DNA of 63,580 nucleotides, filler included, from Calcarisporiella thermophila CBS 279.70 (Eukaryota > Fungi > Calcarisporiellomycota), in the NCBI RefSeq assembly GCF_041956535.1. It is 5 parts of 5 records of this genome, joined end to end, with 100 filler letters (N's around TTAATTAATTAA, not from the genome) between each part and the next. Parts side by side here need not be neighbours in the genome. Positions count along the whole stretch, not along the records: positions 25,073 to 56,429 come from NW_027192230.1; 4 more parts are not named here. One strand, 5' to 3'. The position numbers and the translations under genes are program-made. Shown piece after piece: positions 25,073 to 38,140 of the stretch. How positions within the stretch are numbered: position 1 is the stretch's first letter; every line of letters starts with the position of its first letter. The notes under the pieces are model-generated. The model was given only the letters and a program-made list of their open reading frames with translations. It did no database searches and was not told the DNA's origin.

Positions 25073-26610
25073 TTATTCTCGTTAGGAGTTTAATGTCCAC
25101 ATTGAGGAGAGATATCGGTCGCCAATTGCTTAGCAGTTCGGCATCTCCTTTTCTTTTATAGATTAGGACAATCGTTGCTTTCTTCGAGAAGTTTATAGGG
25201 CTGTCCATTGTGAGGGGCCTCATTGAAGAGCAGCTGAATCGTGGGGGCAAGCTCATCTTCAAAGGCTCGGTAGAATTCCGCCGTAATTCCGTCCGGGCCG
25301 GGCGATTTGTTCTTTGGAGCCAGCCGAATGGCTCTCCTCACCTCTTCTTCGCTGATAGGCTCTTCAAGTTTTTCGCGGGCTTCAGTAGATAAAGTTTTGT
25401 CTACATGATTGAGGAGGGTGTTTTGGTCGGTTGTACTTGTGGGGTCCCCAGCATAGAGCTCCGTGTAGAAATGGGTGGCCATTCTGGCTATTTCGCTAGG
25501 GTCTTCAGTGCGGGTTCCATCCGCTCTTTTCAGCGAGGTCATCGCGTTGACTGCTCTCCTTCCCGCAATACGGCGGTGGAAGTATGCTGTAGATTTCTCG
25601 CCCTGGTCGGTCCAATTCAGGCGAGACCGAATGCGCAGTGCTTCAGTTCTTCTATCGACATGTGCAGCAAGTTGGTTGCGAAGTTTCTCCAGTTGGTCAT
25701 GCGATTCTCCAGTCCATGGGCCTTCATGGTATCTCTTAAGAGCCCTGTTTAGCTGTGTTTCCTCTGTTCTATACCGACGTTGTCTTTGCGCCGCGTAGGT
25801 GGTAGTGAGCGATTGGAATTCTTGTTTTACGGCGTTCCAGAAATGGCCCGTGGTCCTGAAGGATTCGCGGGTTGTAAGCAGGTAGTGCCAGTGGGCCTTG
25901 AGAGTGGCTGTGTAGAGTTCATCGTCTGCTAGGCTGGAGTTAAAACGCCATTGACCGTAGCCAGATTTAGGAGCTACAGAGTTCCTTATTTCTATCTGGA
26001 TAGCCATGTGGTCATATGATGCCCCAGGGGGATCCAGTAGGGTTACGTCCGTCGTTTTTGATATGAGTGACGGGCTGACCCAAAATAGATCCAGACGTGA
26101 TCTCATTCGAGATCTTCTGTGAGAGTACGTGAACTGGTCGCCTTTGGGTGAGAAGTGTCTATGGACGTCCGTGAGGGAGGCCGCAGACGTGATCACCCGA
26201 AGCCGATGTGAGGAGCCTTTACGGTTTTGGGAGTTGGGAGCTGGTGGAGCGCGGTCAATCGCTGGATCAAGGTGGGTGTTGAAGTCACCTCCCATTATTA
26301 GCCGGTGCGCTTCCAATGAGGCTGGGAAGGCCTCGTAAAAGGCTTGAGTATCCGGTTCTGCGGAAGGAGTGTATATATTTATTAGTGTAATCGGGTATGG
26401 AAGGAGGATTAAATGGGGTTTCGATATTAGTTTGAGCCAGTTGAATAGTGTTCGTCTTTTTTGGGGGTTAGCTAAAACCCGTGTGTTGAGTGATAGGATC
26501 GATATGGACATAGGGTATTAGATGGGTGGTATGGGGGGGGGTATTATTGTGGGTTAGAAGGAGCTTTTAGGGTTGAATCTAGTATTAGGTCTTCGCTGGA
26601 CGATGGGTTA
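25073..26610 (-). mobile_element. 5'-truncated L1/Tx1-like LINE (ORF1 tail + ORF2 endonuclease to start of RT), head-to-head with tRNA-Ile
   Basis: ORF2 ATG 26511: MSISILSLNTR, GGDFN, SRLDLF, YDH, WRFNSSL, QGEKSTAYFH, KSPGPDG, (frameshift) NWRPISLLNVDIKLLTRI. Endonuclease has an internal deletion removing the QETH motif. The 5' boundary is approximate. Confidence 0.9.
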
Positions 26611-26645
26611 AATTCACAACAGCCCATAACATTCCGCAGTAATGA

Positions 26646-26754
26646 GCTCCCGTAGCTCAGCTGGTTAGAGCGTGATGCTTATGCGGATTGAGATTGTGTG
26701 AAACTTCAATCTTGAGCCACATCAAAGTCGCGGGTTCGACTCCCGCCGGGAGCA
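26646..26754 (+). tRNA. tRNA-Ile (anticodon TAT) with 35-nt intron (26684-26718)
   Basis: GCTCCCG/CGGGAGC acceptor, TAGCTCAGCTGG A box, TGATG-CT TAT G|intron|A-CATCA, GGTTCGACTCC B box, T8 terminator at ~26760. Confidence 0.9.
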
Positions 26755-27208
26755 GGAGATTTTTTTCTTATTTCAATAGTTTCCAAATCATACTTTATCT
26801 GAAAGGAAAAAAATAAAACTCTTTCCTTCGATACACTTTATCACTAAATTTTCCCTCCTTGAACGTAATAATTAAATTTCGTATCTATACTTGGGTTTAA
26901 GTTGCAAACTCTTTAAGTTATTATTAATTTTGTTAGGGAGAATAAACCTCACAAATTTGGTTCAAACAAGGAGCAGAAAGATTCGCATAAAAATTTCAAG
27001 TGATTTCTAAAAATCAGAATTTCCATTTAATATTCTGTTTCAAATATCTCTGAATAAAGCTAAATATAAATGTAACAAGCAAAGACGAAGGGGGAGTAGA
27101 GGAAAATTAAACATATCCAGTGCTAGTACAATATGAAATAACAAAAATACTAACTTAATATTAAAATTGAAAACGATAAAAAAAGAGATGTTAGCATGTA
27201 TTTTGTCT

Positions 27209-29873
27209 TCAGCCTTCCATGTTCACATCTTCTCGATCCCCATTTCTCTCCATAGTCATAAATTCGTCCTCGTTCCCATCGGTCTGGATCATGCGAGCAC
27301 ATCGTAATCGGTTTATTGCAGCTATAAGTTCATATTTGCGGGGACGAGCATAATATCCGACCACGAAACCCTCGGGATTAACGGCGACCAGACCGCCGGC
27401 ATTTGGACTACGGCTGTTACTATTCATCTTCTTATTTACACCAGGACTTTTTCCGCTGCCTCCAGGCGTGGCTGTGCTGTTGTTGTTATTAGCAGACGGA
27501 TGGGTACCCTCGAGCGCCCGATCTTCCCGATCCCATACACGATCCATAAAGTCTGCAATCTCACTTAGAGTCATATTCCTTGCATCAGGTATTTTGGTGG
27601 ACACGTATGCAAGTGTGTCAGCAATACAACGAGTCTGTGAGGACGAGACTAGCTGTTCCAACGCATGTAAAGAAAGCTCAGTTCCTGCATAGCCAATGGA
27701 GTATTTGGCATGTGTTTTCGGATTTTTATTGCCAGGTGGAGGAATAAAAGGTTTCCTTGGAGTGACAGACCCATAGGTTACCCCTAGATATATATCAGAA
27801 AAAACGAGAAAATCAAATACTCGCACTAGGTTATCTTTTTAACAATAACTTGCCTCCTTCCGCAATTAACTTGGTTGGTAGATCTCGAGATATCTGCTTT
27901 GCTTCACGGGTCACATCCTTGGGTACATATTCATGCATCTCAATAACTAGGTCTGCTACATCCAAATAATCACCACATCCTCCAATAACTAAGATACACG
28001 CAATGTTCATTGTGTTTAACATGATTTGCACTTTGGATATGAGCGGAGTAATTGGCTCGTGATCTTTAGAAATTAAGCGTTGCATACGTGCATCTCTTAC
28101 AAGAAAGTTGGTTGCAGAAGTATCCTCTATCATAAAATAAAATGCGTAAATAATCAATGTTCCAAAAGTACTTGCATAAATGTATGCATGTATGTCACCG
28201 TCAAATAATAATCCTGTTGCGCCAATTTCTAGTGCTTCTTGAATATTAGCCGCCATGGAAGTCGATCCACTTGCATCAAGTGTGTGGAATCGACGCGTTT
28301 CTTTGCCATGAGGAAGTCCATTAATGAAAGGTGTGATATCGGTTGCACATACATATCGTCCGTCTTCAGTGCGAATTTTTACGGTTGAGACGTCAGTGCA
28401 GACAAAATCACGCCCATCCCCTTTAGATTTGGTAAATAATATCCATGCTTAGCGTGAATCAAAAAAAAGCAAAACAAACTAGAAAAATAGATATATACCA
28501 GGAATATGATTATATACGCCCATTTCTAGAGCTTGCAACAAAGTGGATTTGCCATGAAATCCTCCACCCTATAAAAAAAAAAATAAGATCAAAATAGAAT
28601 ATCCTGTAAAAGTGTTAAACTTACAGTAATTAGTACAACTCCTCGAGGAATACCCATTCCTGTAATTTTGCCATTATGTGGTAAATCAAAACTAACTCGT
28701 AGTGATTCGGGAGAACGAAAGGGTACCACTCCCGGTCCAACCATAGGAAGATCAGAAGCACCGGATGCTCGCGGTAGCTCAGCTCCGTCTCTTACAAAAG
28801 CGATCAGTCCTTAATACATATTTATATATATGCCATGATTAGTTAGAGGAGCTAAATCCGGACCTTTCCGGCATGCCATTTATAGTCACCCTTATTAGCC
28901 AGTTGTTCCCGTAACCATTCTTGATCTTCTACCGAATGTATGTGCTCCAACATAGGTTTATGATCTTGAGCAGCATAAGGCAAACATCCAATGACAACCT
29001 GAGACAATTTATCAACTAGAAGTTCTGCTGCGCTCTTCCCCATAATTGATCTCCCTCTACCAGGCATTCCGAACGTAAACCTCACTTCAATCCAATCCTT
29101 GTTGACAGCGATGCTAGATCTCTGTAGTACTTCCTGTCCAGGTTTGTCAATATTAAAATCACCTCCCTTTGCACCATGCCAACCTTGGCCCCCTTCGCGA
29201 CGATCAAGTCCTAGCTTGTGCACAGTCTCCCAGAACCGTCGTGTTAGATAGTCTACTAGTGCGATATTGCTAATATATATATGTTAAATACGGTAAGGAA
29301 GCAACATAAATATTTATATTACCGAATACGTGTTACGTATAAATCTTTAGGATACTTTGCAATCCTCTGTTGCATCCGTACTCGTAATTTCGACGGTGCA
29401 GCAAATGGATCCGACTGAACGTGATCAATATACAAGCTGAAGCTTCCATGTTCATACGTTCCTATCGACATTGAAAAGATGTCAATATTAGCAATAAACA
29501 ATAGATATTTAAATATAACCTTTAATTGTTTTTAGTGCGCTCCAGTTTGCACGTTCTAGAGAGTTTAATGTTTGGCGCAGTTGTTCGAATGTACGGCGGT
29601 TTTTATTTCCTAGCTCCTTGCCTACTGCCGCTGCCATGGCGTCTTAATTAAATAGATACAAATTAGAATGGAGAAAATCCAGACTAAAGGTATAAATTAT
29701 TCACGTAGTGCTTCGCCCATCTCATCCAATTGTTCACTCTTTCTCTTTCGGCCATTTTTCTCTTTATAATAACTGCCACGACCACGACCTATTAATAACG
29801 ATAAAAAAAGTAGTTAGAGATGTAGGTACAAGTATTAATAGAATATAAAAGTCAGTTTGATCTTACCAGACAT
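27209..29873 (-). CDS. Predicted ABC-class P-loop ATPase (ABC_ATPase/MRB1590-like family), about 9 exons
   Basis: IDHVQSDPFAAPS, EDQEWLR, LPRASG, GMGIPRG, Walker A GGGFHGKST, HIPGDGR, DASGSTSMAANI.EALE, Walker B LLFDEDTSATNF, AAINRLR; N-terminal MSGRGRGSYYK. Confidence 0.88.
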
Positions 29874-30296
29874 TTGATGTGTTGCGTGTGTAATGGTGAT
29901 TATTTGATATTAGATCGTTTTTAATATAAGGTAAAAACGCGATGAGAAGATGCTGCGTCTTATATCAGAATATCTGAAATCTCCGATTGATTCGATTTTT
30001 CCAGCCAAAATATATTATTATATTAGCAATCAACATTTAATGTATATTTCTAGAGTTTAAGTAAATATTTTAGAATTCCATTGCAAATACAATAGATCAT
30101 ACTAAGTTTCTATTGAAATTTTTATCACTGATTCGGTGTTAAGCAGTAAATCTGATATTTTATCTCCAGAATCGAAGTATGAATAATATCACACCACTTT
30201 TCCTCAAATGTATTTTATTTGTAGCCCCAATATTTAGTTGAAGCATTATCATTTCAAACTTGTATTGACGATCAATTTTATATAAATCATTAATCT

Positions 30297-31962
30297 ATGA
30301 CGGGCATCACACCCACAGAACAATCGCCCCTTATTCCTCCATCTGAACAACATCCAGAAACACAAGAAGAACAAGAGCACGAACATGATAATGTGCCTCT
30401 TTATTTCAGATTTCTCGCACTTGTTTGTGCACTTCTCCTTTCAATGGGTTCGCATTTTGCAGCCCATACGCTAAGTGCTCTCAAATCTGATTTGAAAAAG
30501 GAATTGGGTGCTTCCAATTCTGAATATGGGGCACTACAATCGAGCGTATCTCTTATTAATAGCGTGATTCCGATACTGGGTGGAGCATTTGTTGACTTGT
30601 TTGGTACAGCGCGCGGCTCTTTGTGTGCTTCTGCACTAGTTGCATTGGGGAATCTTATTGCTGCTTTGAGTACTCAAACAGCGAGCTTTCGTCTTATGGT
30701 CATGGGAAGATTAGTTTATGGATTAGGTAGTGGAGTAATAGTGATTGTGCAGGAAACAATGTTGAGTCATTGGTTCAAAAAAAGACTAGGATTCGTGATT
30801 GGAGGAATGCTCGCAATGACTCGGCTGGTATATATCTATATCTATATTTGAATATGAGATTGTTAATAAGCTTAATTCTTTATTCTTTAAATCTTTAAAT
30901 TATTCTTCTCTCCAGGCATCCTTCCTTGCGAATCTCACCGTTGTACCGATAAAAAACGCGACTGGGTTTTATGGTTCCGCCTTCTGGGTAATATAATTAT
31001 TTCACATACATTTACATGCATCAATAATATCTAAATCATAATATAAGTTCTCCGCTGCTATCTGTTTTCTCTGTCTCATCCTTAATATCATATATGTGAT
31101 CTTGCTCTATCGTCTTGAACGTCAAGGACTTTTGCCCAGAAATGACCTCTCTGGCCTACGGCGTAAACGTAGTTTCCGTCTGAACAATGTATATACACTC
31201 CCTGGACGGTTTTGGATGGTCGTATGGATTGAATTATTGTTAGGAGGAGTATGGACGAGTTTCTTAACTATTGCAACGGAATTGGTTCAGATGAGATATG
31301 GGAGGAAGCAAGAACTTGCTGCATATAATGCTAGTGTTGGCCAGGCTCTGCCAATTTTGTTAACTCCTTTTGTGGGGATGTTTCTAGACAAGAGTGGGCT
31401 ATTTGTACCCTCAGGTGAAGATGATATTGCCAGATGTCGATTTACTCTTTGCTATACTAATGAGCAAATTTTTTTATAAATTATGATAGCGATATTCTCT
31501 TCTTCGGCCTTTTTAGCCTCACAACTCGCACTAACTTATATTAAAACTACACCTATTCCAGGAATGGTCCTTTTTTCGCTTTCCCTTACTGTTGGTCCGC
31601 TATGTCTCGCAACTTCAATACCTCGCGCACTCTCTCTCGCATTAATAGGGACTGGGTTTGGTCTCTTTAAGGCAGCAAATAATGTTGGTTCAACTATTCT
31701 CAATATATCTGTTGGACTGATACAGGATGCTACCCCAGACAAGGGATATGGAAGGGTAGTACATTTTTTGGGGGGTGTTTCAGGAATAGCTCTAGTTAGT
31801 TGTTTTATATGGGCCGGTATAGAGAAGCGGAATGCACTAAAAAGAGATGGCATCGAAAGAGGATTGGTGAGGAGTAGATGGAGCGTCGGATGTGCTATAG
31901 GGCTGGGTGTTCTAATGGTATTCAGTTGGGCTCTTTTCTTCCTTTTTGCTGTAACAAAATAA
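30297..31962 (+). CDS. MFS transporter (MFSD1-like), about 4 exons
   Basis: Multiple transmembrane helices, GGAFVDLFGTARG motif A, MGRLVYGLG; N-terminal EQSPLI dileucine-type vacuolar signal. Confidence 0.88.
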
Positions 31963-32168
31963 TCATAGAGGTATATTCTTGGTTTATTTTCCTTAGTTAA
32001 TAAATATATTGAAATATAATATGCAATTTCTTTAACCACACCACTATTTCTGCCTTTATTAAAAGTCACATACAAGTCACACTACAAACGGATTTCAAAT
32101 TATTTTCTCTCGTCTTCTTTTCCTTTAATTCTATCTTTTTAAATAGGCATAAGCTAGTTTTACTACGA

Positions 32169-33723
32169 ATGGCTGATATTCGGCCACAATACTGGTGTCA
32201 TGTCTGTCATCGGCAGATTCAACCTTTGATGGTTCCAACTCCGACATGCCCACGCTGCCAAACTGAATTTGTCGAAGAGGTAAGTATATTCTTTACAAAA
32301 TTATACATCATAAATGGGCGTGCGAAATATACTCAATCCTCGGATTGCACAGCTTATTTACAGAACTTTTGTATTACTGCTTAGATCGACTCAGCCAACG
32401 ATGACCCCCGTGAATTCGCTTCGCAACCACCGAATCCTCTAGCGTTTACCGATCTCTTTCCAAACTTTTTTCCCCCAAGGCGATCTACTTTTCAATTCAC
32501 ACCAAGTACATCCCACACCCCTCAGACAGCTTCTCCAAATCAATACTCGAGAACACCCCCAAATACATATTCACAATCGCCTCCACCACCTCCACCTCCA
32601 CCTCCCTCATCTTGGACGCAGGATCCGAGTTTTGGATTTGCCACTGGGGGGTCGAGTGGTCCGAATCCTAGAGATCTAGGCGGACTGATGCAAGCAATTT
32701 TGGAAGCAGCAAGTCATGGGCAGCAATTTTCAAGTAGTACAGGAAATGCTGGTGGAAATGAAGCTGGCGGAGGAAGTGATGCTAGGAGTGGGAGCGGTGG
32801 TGGAATGAGGGGAGTATTTGTAATGGCTGGACCCCACGGGTTTACATATAGAACGATGGGCAGTGGGCAAACCTCAACGAGTACTTTAAGGACACAGAAT
32901 AGTTCCGGTGAAGGAGAAAGGCAGCCACAAGGGAATACTCAAGGAGGGACTGGAACTTTTTTGAATTCACTACAAAAGTACATATTCCACTCACTCAATA
33001 TCTTACAGTGTCTCTTAGTTTGAATATTTAATTATATTTTATACTCATAGTTTTATTCAACAAGCATTTGGTGGGCAACAAAACCGTCAATCGGGTCCCA
33101 TGAGTCGCGAAGAGACTACACCTTCGCAGCAGCAGCAACATCAACAGCAAGAGCAACAGCATGAAGAGTCAGGACAACAAGAGCATCAACACGACCAGAC
33201 ACAAGGCCAACAGCAACGGGGACAACAGGCCCAATTTCAACAACCATTCAACCCTAATATCCACCCATTATTGCAATTCTTGCATCTAATGGGCTTACAA
33301 CCCCTTTCAGGCGATTATGTTCTTACTCAAGAAGGATTCGATGATATCATCACACAACTTATGGAGCAGGCACATGGGCGACCGCCTCCTGCTCCTCAGC
33401 ATGTAATTGACAATCTACCAGAAGTTGATATCACTGCTGCACAAGTGGCAAAAGGAGTGGAATGTCCGGTGTGCCAGGAGGTATACACTGAGGGGGAAAA
33501 AGTATTAAAATTACCCTGTGAACATGTATATCATGGTGAATGTATTCGAGAGTGGTTAAAAATTAATAATACTTGCCCAATATGTCGATATGTAATAGAC
33601 GGAAGAGATCGTGGGGACCGGAGAGATAGTCATAGAGAGCGTGAGACTGCTCATACCAGAGAAGGGGTAGAAGAAGAAGAAGAGGAAGAGGGGGGTCCGC
33701 GAATGGATTTGGATCTGGATTAA
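32169..33723 (+). CDS. RING-H2 E3 ubiquitin ligase, RNF115/RNF126-like, 3 exons
   Basis: N-terminal zinc ribbon YWCHVC..CPRCQTEFVEE; GDYV..GFDDIITQLME; RING CPVC..LPCEHVYH..CIREWL..TCPICR. Confidence 0.9.
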
Positions 33724-34395
33724 AATATGTTTTATTATTTTATTGTAGTTATTTTTTTTTTTCACAGACTTTTAAACTTGTGCACTTTTATTCTCTTTTC
33801 ACCATGAATTTACCTTATTGTGAGATTTCCTTGATCTCTTATTACTCTCCCGTTTGTTTTATTATTTTACTAAGTTTGCTTATAAAATATATAGACATGG
33901 ATGATAAAGATATGCTTTATGGATCGGAGTCAAAGCAGCGGGATGGAATTATTATTCCATTAATGTAATGTACTCAGGCTGGAAGGGGTTCTACAATCTA
34001 CTTCAAAGGTTACATTCTAGATAAATTTAATCACCTCACAATCCTATAATTTACGCGGTATCGATTTTCAATACCAGTTTATTTGGTCATTTGGTTGCTT
34101 GAAATTGGAGGTGAATGAATCGCTATTAAAAATTGAAAGAACATTTTTTCACAACTAAAAGTGCTTCACTCAAAAATTGAAGAGTTTGTGTCAATAATGG
34201 TGAGAGCTGTTAGAGATGCCTCATTAACAATTTTTTTGAATAACCTTTTGTTTTGATAGCATTTTCAATCCACCATCGGCCAAAAATAACTTTTTAGTCG
34301 AGTTAAAAAATAATTTTATACTCTTTGCTCACAAAGGCAAAGTATACCTCGGCACATACACCCGAAAATTCACAGTTAAAAACAAAGAGCATAAT

Positions 34396-35829
34396 TTAAT
34401 CTTTTAGCCACTTTGTATAGCTCTTCAATAGAACTCGTTCTCCTGTACCGGCTCCTCCACCTGCTCCCCGATCACGTTCTAGTGCAAAAAGAGCATCCCT
34501 TACTGTCACGCGTTGGTCACCTACCATACCTTTGCCACTTGCGCCACGTGTAATGGTCGAGGGAGGTAAGACAAACGATGTGCGGGATCGACCACGTTTT
34601 AAAAGTGAAGGTGTTTGCTGTAGTGGAGGTCGTCTTCCGCTTACACTTCCACTAGCAGTTGTGGTAGGTGAGGGGGTGACAGCAGATGGCGTTCGGGCGT
34701 TTGTGCTTCCTCCCGCACTAGGCGAAGCAAGGTCTGTAGACATGGGGGGTGGTGTACCGGGATTTGAAATAGTGGAGGCAGATCGCCGAACAGGTGGAGT
34801 TGGTGTAGATGTAAAATCCCCTGCTCCTTCTAGCATCCAACTCTTTCTTACACCTCCAGCACTTAACAATGCTGTTTGATTTGTAATACGTTTGCGAACA
34901 TCTTCACTTATGTTACGTGTGTCTTTCCGCCGTTTTTTGGGGGGTTTATTGCCAGTTACTAATTCTTGAGGTGTTGAGGGTAGGTCTTCCATAGGTCCTC
35001 CGGTCCCTTCTGCATATCTTCCTTCACCACCCAATCCATCGGCACCTCCCATCGCCTCAGCTGCTGCTGTCCGCTCTGCTAACTTTTCTTTTCTTCTCCT
35101 CTCTTCCTCTCGCTCTGCCCTTTCAATTGCAAGTAATTGTTTCCGCACATCTTGCTGCACTATAATTTTGTACATTGGTTTTCCTGCTTCATCGAGAGGC
35201 GGTGGGGCAAATTCCTGAGATTTAATACGGTGCTTGGCAGCTTGAATCATCTGTTCTGTGATATTACGAAGTCGGAGTTGAGTTGCGAGTGCAAGATAAG
35301 TGACATAATCTTGAGAGACATTGGAAATATTGTTAGATTTAGCTACCAAAGGAAAAGAAGATCAATTTGGATGTTAATAAAACCTTAAAGAACAATTGAT
35401 ATAAGAGGCTAATAACCTATTCTTTCCACAATAGTGCGCAGGATATTTGCGTTAAAGAATTGTTGTGCCCTCGTCTGATCTACGCCATCAAATTGGATGC
35501 GTACGCCTACATCTCTGAGTATATAATCTGATTCTTCCTGTAAGCATGTGATTAAGAATTATTAAGGCAAAATCAAGAACACATCCAAAGTGATCATTGA
35601 AAGAATTAAATTATATTTGAAGTAAGTTAGATTAAGGCAGTTAATAAATTCTTACCTTAAGATCAACTCCGGCATATACTGTCACATCAGTCAAAGTGTC
35701 GTAATCAACTTTATCCCCTTCTCCCCCACCATCTCCTCCTCCAGTTCCACCGTTTGTATTAATGTTCGTACCCCCAATATTTCCTGATGATGTCGATGGG
35801 ATGTTGGTTATTGTATGGGCCTTTTGCAT
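34396..35829 (-). CDS. TAF4: TFIID subunit TAF4, 3 exons
   Basis: LTDVTVYAGVDLKEE; histone-fold YLALATQLRLRNITEQM..AKHR; TNQTALLSAGG..SWM; C-terminal RVTVRDALFALERD. Confidence 0.85.
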
Positions 35830-35960
35830 TTTATTCGCGATGAAATCAAATTCTGATCTTAAATGGAGAGCATCATTGTATAACAGGAATGCTAGCCAAG
35901 CCACAAATACTATAATTTAGCATAATAGGAGGAATCGAGACTTATTTATCAGTCGCGAAC

Positions 35961-36770
35961 ATGGGTTTACTAAGTATTCTCAAGAAGAATAGAATGAAAG
36001 AAAAGGAAATGCGTTTTTTGATGCTGTAAATCTTACTTTAAATTAGGATAGATTAATGAGTTTTTTCAGATGAAATCTTATGCTTTTATAGAGGTTTGGA
36101 TAACGCTGGAAAGACAACAATTCTCAAACGCATAAACGGAGACGACATTAGCACTATTTCTCCAACATTGGGCTTTAATATTCAGACTCTAGAGCACAAA
36201 GGGTAATCTTATTCACTTGGTATTATTATAATATGTGCTGACAGCGAGAGTGAATTTGTTCAGATATAAGCTAAATATATGGGATATTGGAGGCCAGACC
36301 TCTATACGTTCTTACTGGCGCAATTATTTTGAGCAAACAGATGGACTGATTTGGGTAGTGGATTCAGCTGATCGAGTTCGAATGGCAGATTGTAGGCAAG
36401 AACTTTTTGAATTATTAAAAGAAGAAGTTAATAGATTGGTCATGATTGATTTTTGTAATTCTGAGCTAACGTTTCTTTAATTGCATATAAAGAGATTAGC
36501 AGGCGCTTCCTTGTTAGTATTAGCTAACAAACAAGATTTATCTGGAGCATTAACTCCTGGCGAAATCCGTGCGGTATGATAGCAGTTTTTGCTCGTTTTA
36601 TTTAACTAGCTTGTAAGTTCGTTAATTTTTTTTAGGCACTTGGACTCGATGTAATAGCTACTCATCACTGGGCAATCCAAGGCTGTAGTGCGATAACGGG
36701 TGAAAACATTCTAAAGGGCATGGACTGGCTAATAGATGATGTTGCATCAAGAATATATATGCTAGATTAG
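35961..36770 (+). CDS. ARL2: ARF-like GTPase ARL2 (Cin4/Alp41), 5 exons
   Basis: [72 protein letters not shown]. Confidence 0.93.
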
Positions 36771-38140
36771 ATTTTTCATTTATCCCGATATATTTCATTA
36801 ATTATAATCAGCCCTAACATATCAATATAAAGAGCGGTGTATGTTCAATTTTTTGGAAAATTCATATCCGATATATACCATAACTTCTACCATCTTTTTG
36901 CATACTAATTGTATTACCTAAATTCATATGGAATAATATTCATTTACTTCCGAGAATGGTATTTCTATTCAACATTATCACCAATGAAGTCAAATTCAAT
37001 ATAAGATGAAACGAGGCCCTATTCTTGAAATTTAATTTTCTCTTCAACCTGATTATTAAGTAATGTTGCATATAGTAGATGTTAGCAGTGCTGGAGAGAG
37101 ATTATTCCTCCAATTAACAATTTAAATGAGGTTTAAATAAAGCTGCAACCTGTCTAATTAGCATAAAATCTTTGAATTACTAAAAATTGGCCTTTAAAAT
37201 GACAAAGTATAGAGTTGACTACGAAACATTAAAACTGGAAATTTTCTTTGATAAATGTCTAATTAAAAAGGATCATTTGTTATTAAGCTATGGGTACTTT
37301 ATTTTCCGATTTAGACTTGAAGCATTAATGTCTTTCGATTGCTCTTTTATATATACCTTATTTCCCTTGTGTATCGTGGTGCAGAGTTCTAACCGAAGTG
37401 CTGAACATTATCGAGAGATTGTCAAATGTACAACGTCACAATATGACATCATTTTTACATCTTCGACAAACAGCGAAAGAGAACGAGAACAAAACCACTT
37501 AATAATCCCATTTTCTGTTACTCCTGATCTGCATACTCATCGATTAAATTAATTGACTGTAAATTTCACATCCTTCTTCCGTTCACGCCATATCGATCTT
37601 TTTATTTTACCGCAAGAAACCCAATATTTGCTTCAGGTAGCCGATCAAGAGTAAAGTATTTTTTAATTTCTTGTCTTATACATTTGTTCTCATCTTTGCC
37701 AACTAGTTGGCAATCGAGATGAATACCATTCGAATCCATACTTTATAAATAATCGCAATTCTCAGTAACTAATCCGCTACAATTATAAATTAACGTTAGA
37801 TTGACCCAATTGTAGCATTTAATCTCTCGAATTGAGTGGCTAATCTGATCAATCTAACCGTGATCATCTGATTGCCAAAGTTACGCCTCTGCTGACGCCT
37901 TTATCTCCTGATTCAACGGATAGCCTAACTCTTCAGATACATCTCGTCCCCCTCTTCAATATATTTTATATCAGCATTCTTCGCAGAACAAGCTCAGTAA
38001 AGGAGGCGTGGCTACATTTACTTTTTTTTCCTGAGTTGCATTATATCCCACACCCCATTATATTGTTGTGAACAAAACATTGTGATCATAGCGGTTTTAT
38101 CTCTTTACTTTTGCACCTTTTTTTGCCACGCTAATTTGGT

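Noticed and set aside
37795-37858. SECIS element
   Set aside because: No properly paired helix II above an AUGA/GA quartet, and no upstream gene with an in-frame TGA at a redox motif.
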